Below are positions 7,745 through 16,230 of a stretch of DNA of 64,000 nt, piece after piece. Under the pieces are notes generated by a model, which worked only from the letters and a program-made list of their open reading frames with translations, was not told the origin of the DNA and did no database searches. This stretch comes from Phycisphaerae bacterium (GTDB lineage: Bacteria > Planctomycetota > Phycisphaerae > UBA1845 > Fen-1342): assembly GCA_050115495.1 (NCBI GenBank), contig JASFQK010000005.1, forward strand, positions 64,001-128,000, written 5' to 3'. Position 1 is the stretch's first letter; each line of letters starts with the position of its first letter. The translations under genes and the position numbers were made by a program.

Positions 7745-10069
7745 ATGACAAACAGGATGCTCATTGCCGCAATGCTACTCACTCTGCCCGCCGTCGGCTT
7801 CGCCGGCGACGACGTGCTGACCAGAACCGACGACCTGGGGCACCAGGCCTGTGTGCGGTTGTTCAGCCCACCGATGCCGCCCTCCGGTGGTGAACTGAGC
7901 ACCGCCGTCCCCGACTGGCGCCCGCTCGGTCCCTACGGCGGCGACGTTGACGCTGTGTGCGCCTCGCCGACCGCGGCAGGTGTCGTGCTCGCCGGCATCG
8001 CCCCCGACGGCAGCAGCGGCGGCACGCTCTACCGTTCCGTTGACGGCGGCGCCAGCTGGTCCGAGGTCTCGGCCCTCTCCGGCCTCAGCGTGTACGACAT
8101 CGAGTTTGCTCCCGACGGCGCGGTTTACATCGGCACCGACGACGGCGTCTGGAAGAGCATCGACGACGGCGCTTCCTGGACCCAACTGCCCTTGGGCATC
8201 GGGCTCAACGACCAGACCATGGAAATCGCCATCGATCCCAACAACCCCAACAACGTCTGGGCCGGCGTCGCCGACGCCCTCGGCAATCAGGACGTCAACA
8301 TCACCCGCTCTACCGACGCCGGCGCCTCCTGGGTCGACGTCACGCCGCCGATGGCCTCGCCGCTGACCGGCATGGGCATCGCGTTCGATCCGAACGACTC
8401 GAACAAGGTCTACACCTGCTTCCGTGGTTCGTTCGGCGGCGGGGCCTTCTGGGTCTCGACCGACGGCGGTACCACCTGGACCGACCGCTCGCTGGGCCTG
8501 CCGAGCAACCCCCTCAACGACATCGTCCACGATGGGACGCGCGTGCTCGTCACCGGCGGGCAGCTCTTCGGCTCGCAGGACGTCGGCCTGTATGAGTCCA
8601 CCGACGACGGCGCCCACTGGACCGCCCTGCACGACGGGACCTGGCCGATCATGGCCTTCTCCGCCATCGCCCTCGATCCGAACGACTATGACACGATCTA
8701 CCTGGCCAGCCTCGGCGGCGGCCTGTACTTGTCCACCGACGGCGGCGACAACTGGACCTTCAACGCCGGTGGCACCAACGGCATGTCGCTCAACGCCGTC
8801 CGCTTCGCCCCCAGCAGTTCGACGACCATCTACGCCGGCGCCAGCTCCATCGGCGTGGTGATCAGTGTCGACGGCGGCGTCTCCTTCAACCCGTCGTCCG
8901 TCGGCATCGGCGCCCTCGAGGTGATGGCCGTCGGCACGAACCCCAACGACGTGGATGAAATCGCCATCGCCTTCCAGGCGCTCAACAGCGGCGGCGTCTA
9001 CACGTCGCTCGACGGCGGCCAGAGCTGGTCGCTCGAGCCCCTGCCCGGCACGCGCTGGAGCAACGTCGTCTTCCACCCGAACGGCACGCTCTACGCGATC
9101 TCCGACGGCCCCTCCAGCATCGCGCCCGAGGGCCTCTACCGGCGCAACGTCGACGGCACCTGGACCTGCCTCGGGCCCGATCAGGGTACCTACTACGAGT
9201 CCGACGTGCCGGCCGTCCGCTTCAGCAACAACGATCCCAACCTCTTCCTGCTGGGCGGCTCGGACTTCGGCGTCGCCGGCTATGAGGCGACCGTCTGGCG
9301 CTCGCTCGACGCCGGCGATACCTGGACCAAGGTCTACGAGGGCACGCTGTCCAGCGAGGCCGTCACCGCCATCGAAATCGTCGAGGACGGCACCGACAAG
9401 GTCATGGTCGCCTCCTTCTCGGCGATGGGCACGCCCCAGGAGGGCGGTGCGTTGCGCACGACCGACGGGGGCGATCTCTGGTACGACTCCTCCAACGGCC
9501 TCGACATCGAGTCGCAGGGCTACGACCTGGCCGGCTCGTTCTCCCAACTGAACACGTTCTACTTCGCCGACGCTGACTACGGCACCGGCAACGGCGGCGT
9601 CTATCGCACGGATGACGCCGGCGAAAACTGGTCGCTGCTCGCCTCGGTGGGCGCGGTGCAACGCATCATCTGGGATCCGCTGGATGCCAACGTCTTCTAC
9701 ATCATGCAGTCCAGCGGTGCGAAGGTCAGCCGCTCCGACGACGGCGGCCTGAGCTTCACCGCCTACGACAGCGGCCTGGGCACCGCCGGCTGGGTCCGCG
9801 ACCTGACCTACGCTACGGGCCCGGCCCCGCGCTTGCTGCTGGCCACGACCACCGGTGTCTACGCCCGCACGCTGCGCGACATCGGCGACATGAACTGCGA
9901 CGGACAGGTCAATAACTTCGACATCGCCCCCTTCGTCCAGGCTGTTACCAACCCGGCCAACTACGCCGCCCAGCACCCGGGCTGCGACATCATGCTTGCC
10001 GACGTCAACGGCGATGGTCTGGTGAACAACTTCGACATCGGTCCCTTCGTCGGGCTGCTCACCAAGTAA
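7745..10069 (+). CDS. Secreted BNR/Asp-box beta-propeller protein (VPS10/GH74-like fold) with C-terminal dockerin-like domain
   Basis: Signal peptide MTNRMLIAAMLLTLPAVGFAG; many SxDGGxxW repeats; WRPLGPYGG; C-terminal GDMNCDGQVNNFDI...ADVNGDGLVNNFDIGPF; AAGGAGG RBS. Confidence 0.88.
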   Translation: MTNRMLIAAMLLTLPAVGFAGDDVLTRTDDLGHQACVRLFSPPMPPSGGELSTAVPDWRPLGPYGGDVDAVCASPTAAGVVLAGIAPDGSSGGTLYRSVDGGASWSEVSALSGLSVYDIEFAPDGAVYIGTDDGVWKSIDDGASWTQLPLGIGLNDQTMEIAIDPNNPNNVWAGVADALGNQDVNITRSTDAGASWVDVTPPMASPLTGMGIAFDPNDSNKVYTCFRGSFGGGAFWVSTDGGTTWTDRSLGLPSNPLNDIVHDGTRVLVTGGQLFGSQDVGLYESTDDGAHWTALHDGTWPIMAFSAIALDPNDYDTIYLASLGGGLYLSTDGGDNWTFNAGGTNGMSLNAVRFAPSSSTTIYAGASSIGVVISVDGGVSFNPSSVGIGALEVMAVGTNPNDVDEIAIAFQALNSGGVYTSLDGGQSWSLEPLPGTRWSNVVFHPNGTLYAISDGPSSIAPEGLYRRNVDGTWTCLGPDQGTYYESDVPAVRFSNNDPNLFLLGGSDFGVAGYEATVWRSLDAGDTWTKVYEGTLSSEAVTAIEIVEDGTDKVMVASFSAMGTPQEGGALRTTDGGDLWYDSSNGLDIESQGYDLAGSFSQLNTFYFADADYGTGNGGVYRTDDAGENWSLLASVGAVQRIIWDPLDANVFYIMQSSGAKVSRSDDGGLSFTAYDSGLGTAGWVRDLTYATGPAPRLLLATTTGVYARTLRDIGDMNCDGQVNNFDIAPFVQAVTNPANYAAQHPGCDIMLADVNGDGLVNNFDIGPFVGLLTK

Positions 10070-10128
10070 CCCCCCGGCGGCGGCGTCCATCCTGACGCCC
10101 CCCGGTGGAACCGGACACTAATCGGCAA

Positions 10129-10161
10129 CGGCCGGCGCCCACGTGGCGTCGGCCGCTGTTG
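10129..10161 (+). terminator. Hairpin, copy 1 of an identical 33-bp element
   Basis: CGGCCGGCGCCCACGTGGCGTCGGCCGCTGTTG followed by TTTGGTT; identical to 14561-14593. Confidence 0.65.
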
Positions 10162-10208
10162 TTTGGTTCCTCACGGGCTGGTGCAGTGCCTCAGAATAAC
10201 CGCATCAT

Positions 10209-10273
10209 GGGCAGGGCGGGCGTCTCGCCCGCCGACTGGCCCCTGCCTGGCAGGCGAAACGCCTGCCCCACCC
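10209..10273. repeat. REP-like inverted pair of small palindromes
   Basis: GGGCAGGGCGGGCGTCTCGCCCGCC and GGCAGGCGAAACGCCTGCCCCACCC in opposite orientation in an intergenic gap. Confidence 0.6.
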
Positions 10274-10389
10274 GGAACAGGGTGGCTTGCTTCTGACTCA
10301 CTGCACTAGCGGGGACGAACGTGGCGGGGTGGCGGTGGACCGAACAGACCACCATCGCACGTGGTACAAAGGACCCTGGCTCGCCGAGG

Positions 10390-11763
10390 CTACACTCCTT
10401 TCGGCGAAAGCTCTTCGGGCGCAGGCACGTCGGGCAGGTCGAGGGCCATCACAACGGAGGAACCGTAGAACGGATACTCGATGCGGCAACGGTAGCCCCG
10501 GAACTTGTCGGCGGCCCACCCGAGCTTGTCGCAGCAGTAACGCAGGGCGTCCACGTACCCGTCGATCTCCGACGTCGCGAAGTGCGACATCCCCTTGCCC
10601 ATGAATTGGATCGACTCCACGAAATGAAGCTGATCCAGGTCGCGGTTAGGGTCGTTGAGGTCGGGACAACCACGGACCGCCGTGTCGTAAATGCGCAGAT
10701 CGAACTCACACTCCGGCCAGATATCCTCGTGCAGCAGCACGTCGAGCAGCAACGTTCGGGCTGGGTGCTGGAGCTCGGCCCCGATGCCGCGCGTTCGCGG
10801 ATGCTCACCAGATAGCCGGTACCGAGGGAAGACGCGGCGACCCACCTCGGCTACAACGAAGTCGACGGGCGAGTTCCAGCCAACCGTGCTTCCGCCGAGA
10901 AGGTACTGATAGACGTTGCCGGTGCTCAGGAATTCCACCTCCGGGAGCGGAGACGAGCACAGTTGCATCATGAGAACGCCGTGTAAGTCACGGATGGGCC
11001 GACCCTCGAGCGTCTCGCGCACGAACGGGTCTCGCGGCGGCACTTCGCTTGGGTTCTCAATAACGTTGTTGGCGAGGCGAACCACAGCGCCAGGGCGAAG
11101 CCGGCGGAGCCCTACGAGACCCTCCATGCCCGCGTAGTCACACCACATCGGGTCGTTCGATGGGTGCATGATCGCCGTGGAGAAGCACACGTCGGCCATC
11201 ACGCCCTTGAGGTGGCTGTTGGCTCGGAAGGCGGCCTGCTTCTGCGTGGCCTCGAAGTTCTGCCGGGCCTCAGGTAGCCACCCGCTCAGGAGGGCGTCCA
11301 GCGATTGCCGGCCACCGACGTCCTGGTCGAGCATGTCTTCGTAGCGCTGCACCGCCGCCGCCGCGTCCTCAATCGTCGAGCGCGCCACGCCGGCTTTGTC
11401 GGCCTGTGCCAACAGGCGACGGAGCATGCTCGGCCCCGGCATCAACCGCAGAGCCGCCAGCGTACTGCCACGTCGGAGAGACGACAGGAGACGGCTGGTC
11501 AGCGGCTGGCTCAGATCGAGTTCACGCTGAAAGTCAGCATGGGAACGACATCCGCGGCGTTGGGCCACTTCGTCAATCGTTCGGCGAAGTGCATCACGGA
11601 GTTCGCTTCCAATACGTCTCACGCGGTGCTCGAGCGCCTCTCGCGAGGCGCCCGCCGACGTTGCTGGGGATAGCCCAATAACAGTGCCCCTGACGGGGGG
11701 CGGAGGCACCGAACGTGGTGGTTCGGGCGGCGCGGATTCGGAGTTGGGCAGGTTAGATTGCAC
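10390..11763 (-). CDS. Uncharacterised protein with N-terminal HTH-like segment (putative regulator, paralog A)
   Basis: 457-aa ORF, collinear with 14618-15898 (WLPEAR, KQAAF, GLRRLRP, CSSP, LLHEDxWP, RGYRC..YP.YG); no signal peptide; start uncertain. Confidence 0.8.
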   Translation of the reverse strand: MQSNLPNSESAPPEPPRSVPPPPVRGTVIGLSPATSAGASREALEHRVRRIGSELRDALRRTIDEVAQRRGCRSHADFQRELDLSQPLTSRLLSSLRRGSTLAALRLMPGPSMLRRLLAQADKAGVARSTIEDAAAAVQRYEDMLDQDVGGRQSLDALLSGWLPEARQNFEATQKQAAFRANSHLKGVMADVCFSTAIMHPSNDPMWCDYAGMEGLVGLRRLRPGAVVRLANNVIENPSEVPPRDPFVRETLEGRPIRDLHGVLMMQLCSSPLPEVEFLSTGNVYQYLLGGSTVGWNSPVDFVVAEVGRRVFPRYRLSGEHPRTRGIGAELQHPARTLLLDVLLHEDIWPECEFDLRIYDTAVRGCPDLNDPNRDLDQLHFVESIQFMGKGMSHFATSEIDGYVDALRYCCDKLGWAADKFRGYRCRIEYPFYGSSVVMALDLPDVPAPEELSPKGV

Positions 11764-11808
11764 GGTGGCATCATACGCGATTCTGGTTTCGACGGCAAGT
11801 CGCCGTTC

Positions 11809-11956
11809 AAAATTCTGGAATATTCTCGGGATAGCCGCTTCTTTCGGCCCGAGATGGCTCGCTTCCCTCTAATACGCATATATACAGACGTATCGAGTCA
11901 ATCCGGGCAGCGCTGGGGCTGACAACAAAAATTCCTGGAATACGCAAGGAATAACC
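11809..11956. promoter_or_regulatory. Two copies of an operator-like site, each with 11-bp-phased GG(A/G)ATA half-sites
   Basis: AAAATTCTGGAATATTCTCGGGATAGCC (from 11809) and AAAAATTCCTGGAATACGCAAGGAATAACC (from 11927) in the divergent intergenic region. Confidence 0.5.
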
Positions 11957-12149
11957 TTGACAGGGGACCCGTTCCCCCGATATCCTGCAGAAGATGGGTG
12001 AGTAACTGGGCCCCTCGGCGATGGGGACGCCGCCGGGAAGGTGATCCAGCACCTGTCCAGAATGGAATGTGCTCATCGTGAGCGCAGATATTTGTGCTCG
12101 GTTGTTCTCGAGTACACGGCATGTCCCGTTTTCACAATGGAGGAGAATC

Positions 12150-12848
12150 ATGATCGTGCGAGGTCTCTTGGTGTGCTGCGCTGTGGCGCTGTTTGTATCC
12201 GCACCCACCATGGCGGCTCAGGAATGGCTCGACGACATGGAGGCCTATCGGGTCGGCAGCTACCTGGGTGGCCAAGGGGGTTGGGAAGGCTGGGATGGTG
12301 TTTCGTACATGGGCGCGGCGTCGGTGGTTAGTCTCAGGGCGCATAGCCCAGTGGCTTCGTTCGTCACGTGGGAGTCCATCAACGTGGTCCATCCGTTCTC
12401 CGGGTATACGGAAGGGCAATGGACCTTCAGCGCCTGGCAGTATGCGGAGTCCGACCGCATCGGTGACTCGTGGGTCAACCTGTTGAACACCTACGACGTG
12501 GGGAACCACAACTGGTCGACCAGGTTGCGGTTCGACCCCGACCTCGACGTGATTGAGTCCCAGTCCGACGGGGCGCAGCTTCCCCTCATCTTGGACGAGT
12601 GGGTCCAACTGCGTGTGGAGATCGACCTGGATGCCAACATGCAGTCGGTCTACTACGGCGATGACCTTCTCACCACGAAGAGCTGGACCGAAGGCGAGAC
12701 CGGTGGCGGCGCGCTGAACATCGGCGGAATCAGCTTCGAGGCCTGCCCCTACGCCAGCATGATCTGGTATGACGACATCAGTCTGACGCCGGAGCCAGGG
12801 ACTTGCCTGTTGCTTGTGCTGGGCGCTGTCGCGCTTCGCCGGCGCTAG
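12150..12848 (+). CDS. PEP-CTERM sorting-domain secreted protein (LamG/lectin-like beta-sandwich)
   Basis: Signal peptide; C-terminal TPEPGTCLLLVLGAVALRRR; GGAGGAG RBS before ATG 12150. Confidence 0.9.
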   Translation: MIVRGLLVCCAVALFVSAPTMAAQEWLDDMEAYRVGSYLGGQGGWEGWDGVSYMGAASVVSLRAHSPVASFVTWESINVVHPFSGYTEGQWTFSAWQYAESDRIGDSWVNLLNTYDVGNHNWSTRLRFDPDLDVIESQSDGAQLPLILDEWVQLRVEIDLDANMQSVYYGDDLLTTKSWTEGETGGGALNIGGISFEACPYASMIWYDDISLTPEPGTCLLLVLGAVALRRR

Positions 12849-13108
12849 CTGAAAATCGTGGAACCTGCCCAGTTTCTTGTGCCGGCTGCGGGAGCCTGAG
12901 TGAAGTGGCGGGCCTGTCTTCAAGATAATCTCCGGAAGGAGCGCCAAGCGAGGTTCAGGCAGTCAGTTCCAGAGAAACGAGAGTCGGACGAAACGGTGCG
13001 GGCGCGGCTGACGACGAATCGGCCGCGCCCCACCTTGGCCCGCAGCGTGTGTCCCGCGCCGGACGAAACTCCGGGGCAGCAGTAGTAGGGTATTTAGGAG
13101 GAGAGTTG

Positions 13109-14497
13109 ATGAAACGTCTGTTTGCCCTTGCAACCCTATTCTCATTGATTCTGATCAACCGCGCGTCGGCTGATAGTCCCCCCGCGTTGCCGACGCTCAT
13201 CGGCGATATCATCGTTGTCGATGACGCCTCGGTGTGGAACGTCGGCGGCATCTCGGTGGCGTACAACTCCACGGACGACGAGTTCAGGGTGTTCTGGTTT
13301 GACTCGCGCATCGAGGACCAGAACGACGTCTACAGCCAACGGCTTTCGACGCTCGGCGAGTTGCTGGGTGCCAACCTGACGATTTGCGCCGGAATACCTT
13401 CGTACAGCACCACGGCGTGTGCTTACGACCCGATCGCCAACCAGTATTTCTTCGTGTGTCGGTACCAGAACGGCGGGCCGGGCACCGAGGGATTCAACCA
13501 TGCATACGGCGGTCTGGTGTCTGCGAGGGGCGGGCTGATCAACGGGTTAACCGACGTCTGCAATGGCGGGTTGGAGCCGACGCTGGCGTACAACAGCGTG
13601 GATCAGCAGTTCTTCCTCGAGGCACGCAATTTCTACGGCGGCGGCGCGGAGGGCATTCGCGGGCAGCGCTTCGACCGCGATGGCAACGTGATCGGCGGCG
13701 GGGTCACCATCACAAACACCGACTGGCCGGCGCCGTGCGGCCAGGTGTGCTACAACAGCAATGCGAACCAGTATCTGGCAACGTGGCGCGAGCAGTCCAA
13801 CGAGAATCTCCAGGGGCGCATCATAAACGCCGACGGGACGTTCGCGACCAGCGCCTTCGTCATCAGCACCATGTTCCCGGAGTCCGTCCTGGCTGCGAGT
13901 GCCGCATTCGACCCCGTAAACGATCGCTACCTGGTGCTGTGGAGCGGATTCTACGGCGGCGGCGCCTATGGGCAATTCCTGAGTCTGACAGGTGCTCCGG
14001 TGGGCGGGCCATTCATGGTATTCGAGCCGGACGGCTACCGGCTGAAGACGTTCGTGGCGTACGACCCGGTCAATCGGGTGTATCTGGCGGCGTGGCAGGA
14101 CCTGCTGGACGTGTGGGTGCAACTGCTGTCCGACAGTGGTGAGCTGCTGGGTGATCCGATTAACCTCGGGGGGTATCCGGACGGAAGCCCGCGCGTCGCT
14201 GTCAACACCACGAGCGGCGGCTTCCTGGTCGTGTGGTGGGATCGGACGTACGTCGATAACAACAACGTGCTCGCGCAGCTCGTGGGTGTCGAACCCGAGT
14301 TCATGATCGGCGACGTCAACTGTGACGGCGTGATCAACAACTTCGACATCAATCCCTTCGTGCTGGCCCTGACTAATCCGGCCGGCTACGCAGCGCAGTA
14401 TCCGGGTTGCGATATCATGCTCGCCGACACCTCCGGCGACGGCGTGGTCAACAACTTCGACATCAGTCCCTTCGTGGGTCTGCTGACCGCCCCGTGA
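13109..14497 (+). CDS. Secreted repeat (probable beta-propeller) protein with C-terminal dockerin-like domain
   Basis: Signal peptide MKRLFALATLFSLILINRASA; about 7 repeats of AY(N/D)xxxNxYLxxW...GQ; C-terminal GDVNCDGVINNFDI...GDGVVNNFDISPF; AGGAGG RBS. Confidence 0.88.
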   Translation: MKRLFALATLFSLILINRASADSPPALPTLIGDIIVVDDASVWNVGGISVAYNSTDDEFRVFWFDSRIEDQNDVYSQRLSTLGELLGANLTICAGIPSYSTTACAYDPIANQYFFVCRYQNGGPGTEGFNHAYGGLVSARGGLINGLTDVCNGGLEPTLAYNSVDQQFFLEARNFYGGGAEGIRGQRFDRDGNVIGGGVTITNTDWPAPCGQVCYNSNANQYLATWREQSNENLQGRIINADGTFATSAFVISTMFPESVLAASAAFDPVNDRYLVLWSGFYGGGAYGQFLSLTGAPVGGPFMVFEPDGYRLKTFVAYDPVNRVYLAAWQDLLDVWVQLLSDSGELLGDPINLGGYPDGSPRVAVNTTSGGFLVVWWDRTYVDNNNVLAQLVGVEPEFMIGDVNCDGVINNFDINPFVLALTNPAGYAAQYPGCDIMLADTSGDGVVNNFDISPFVGLLTAP

Positions 14498-14560
14498 TCC
14501 TGATCGCGCACACCGCGCAGTGACAAACGACTCTCCGCTGAGAGAGAACGTTCGAATCAG

Positions 14561-14593
14561 CGGCCGGCGCCCACGTGGCGTCGGCCGCTGTTG
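14561..14593 (+). terminator. Hairpin, copy 2 of the identical 33-bp element
   Basis: Identical to 10129-10161; same position between a dockerin gene and a convergent regulator-like gene. Confidence 0.65.
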
Positions 14594-14617
14594 CCTGGTG
14601 GTATGTGGAGGCCTCGT

Positions 14618-15898
14618 CTACGGGTTGAGGTCGCTATTGGCGGACGGCCTCGCCGGTGGGTCGAAGACAACGCAGGCGGACGTTCCGTAGATCGGATACC
14701 GAATATGGCAACGATAGCCACGCAGCCGCGACGCGTCCCACGACAGCGTGTCGCACACGTGCTGGAGCATCTCCACGTAATGTCCGACGCCGGCCACGCG
14801 GAAACGAGCCACCCCCTGGCCCATGTACGTGATCGACTCGTTCACTTTCAGTCGATACAGCTCGCCCGTCTGCGAGTTCGGGTTTGCCAGATCCTGCTGT
14901 GTCGTGTCGTACATGATCAGTTCGGGCGCCGCCTCGGGCCACACGTCCTCGTGCAGGAGCATGTCGATCAGCAACGACTTGCACGGCACCGTCGGATCGC
15001 CGAAGGCGGCGATGCGCCGAGGCGGCGTCGTCTGGTACCGCGGGTGTCGGCCCTTCATCGTGCAGGCCGTCGCCACGTCCACCGCCGACCCGGGGCCCAC
15101 CCCGTTGCCCGTCAGCAGGTAATGCGCCCGCAACTCCGTACGAACCACCTTGAACTGCGGCGGCGGCGATGAGCAGAACCGCCGCAACAGCGGGTACTCG
15201 TCCGACGCCTCCGGCGCCGCCAAACCGGCCATCGTGATCGCCTGCGAACCGTTGGCAAAGGCCCCGAGCGACGTGACACAGATCTCCGCGCTGGGCCGCA
15301 GCCGGCGCAAGCCCACCGAGCCGGCGACCAGCGCTGCGTCCACGCGCTCCCCCGTATCGTCCGGGTAGCCGATGAACGCACAGAACTCCGTGTCGGCGTA
15401 GTAACCCTTGAGATTGGCCATGGCCTTGAACGCGGCCTGCTTGTTGGCCATCTCGAACTTCCGGCGGGCCTCGGGCAGCCAGTCGCTGGCCACGCTGTGC
15501 AGGGCGCCCCAGCCGCCCACCTCCTGGTCGAGCAGCCGCTCGAGATCCACGATCGCCTGGCTGGCCCGCTCGATCGCCTCCTTGCGGACGCAGGCCCGGG
15601 AGGCCTTGAGGATCGTGCGCAGCCCTTCGGCCCGCGGCATCTCGCACAACGCCGCCAGCGGGTCGCTGTACTCCACGGCCTTCAGCAATCGCCCCACCAC
15701 GACGCGGTGTGCCTTGAGCACGCGGGCGAACTCGCGCGGCTTCGTGCTCTGCGCGGGCACATCGGCCACAACCTCGCGCAGCGCATCGCGCAGCTTCGCC
15801 GCCCCGTGGCGCAGCCGCACATCCAGTGACTCTCCCCGCGAGTCATCCGAGGGCGCGTGGCCGGAATGCGAAGGGTCATCAGTCGACGTGGGATACAT
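14618..15898 (-). CDS. Uncharacterised protein with N-terminal HTH-like segment (putative regulator, paralog B)
   Basis: 426-aa ORF homologous over its full length to 10390-11763; KPREFARVLKAHRVVVGRLL HTH-like segment. Confidence 0.8.
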   Translation of the reverse strand: MYPTSTDDPSHSGHAPSDDSRGESLDVRLRHGAAKLRDALREVVADVPAQSTKPREFARVLKAHRVVVGRLLKAVEYSDPLAALCEMPRAEGLRTILKASRACVRKEAIERASQAIVDLERLLDQEVGGWGALHSVASDWLPEARRKFEMANKQAAFKAMANLKGYYADTEFCAFIGYPDDTGERVDAALVAGSVGLRRLRPSAEICVTSLGAFANGSQAITMAGLAAPEASDEYPLLRRFCSSPPPQFKVVRTELRAHYLLTGNGVGPGSAVDVATACTMKGRHPRYQTTPPRRIAAFGDPTVPCKSLLIDMLLHEDVWPEAAPELIMYDTTQQDLANPNSQTGELYRLKVNESITYMGQGVARFRVAGVGHYVEMLQHVCDTLSWDASRLRGYRCHIRYPIYGTSACVVFDPPARPSANSDLNP

Positions 15899-15999
15899 CG
15901 TCAGAAATTGTCCAGGATGGAATGGTTGATGTCAACACCTACTGAGATGACTGCGCATAAATTTAGTATTAACGATAACTTACATCATATCATGTCGGG

Positions 16000-16030
16000 T
16001 CTCAGATGTCTCTCAGATTCCTCTTGATTC
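16000..16030. promoter_or_regulatory. Phased direct repeats TCTCAGAT (11-bp period), operator-like
   Basis: TCTCAGAT at 16000 and 16011, degenerate CTCTTGATTC at 16021, in an AT-rich divergent intergenic region. Confidence 0.45.
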
Positions 16031-16230
16031 ACGACCGGCACCGTGTTAGAATCACCTTTGTGCTCTGCAGGAACGCGCACTCGTCGCGCGCCTGCCCGAC
16101 CGCCCGGAGTATTTCCGCCGCGGCGATCCGCGGCACGCCGGCCAGCCGGTCAGAAGCACCGTTGGTGGACAGTGCGACCCCAGCGTCGGTGTCCGGCAGC
16201 GTTCGTAACCCACGTCAGGAGGAACATGTC

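Noticed and set aside
7775..10090. 771-aa minus-strand ORF (and similar long antisense ORFs, e.g. 55219-56955, 57848-59746)
   Set aside because: Stop-poor shadows of high-GC genes; no motifs
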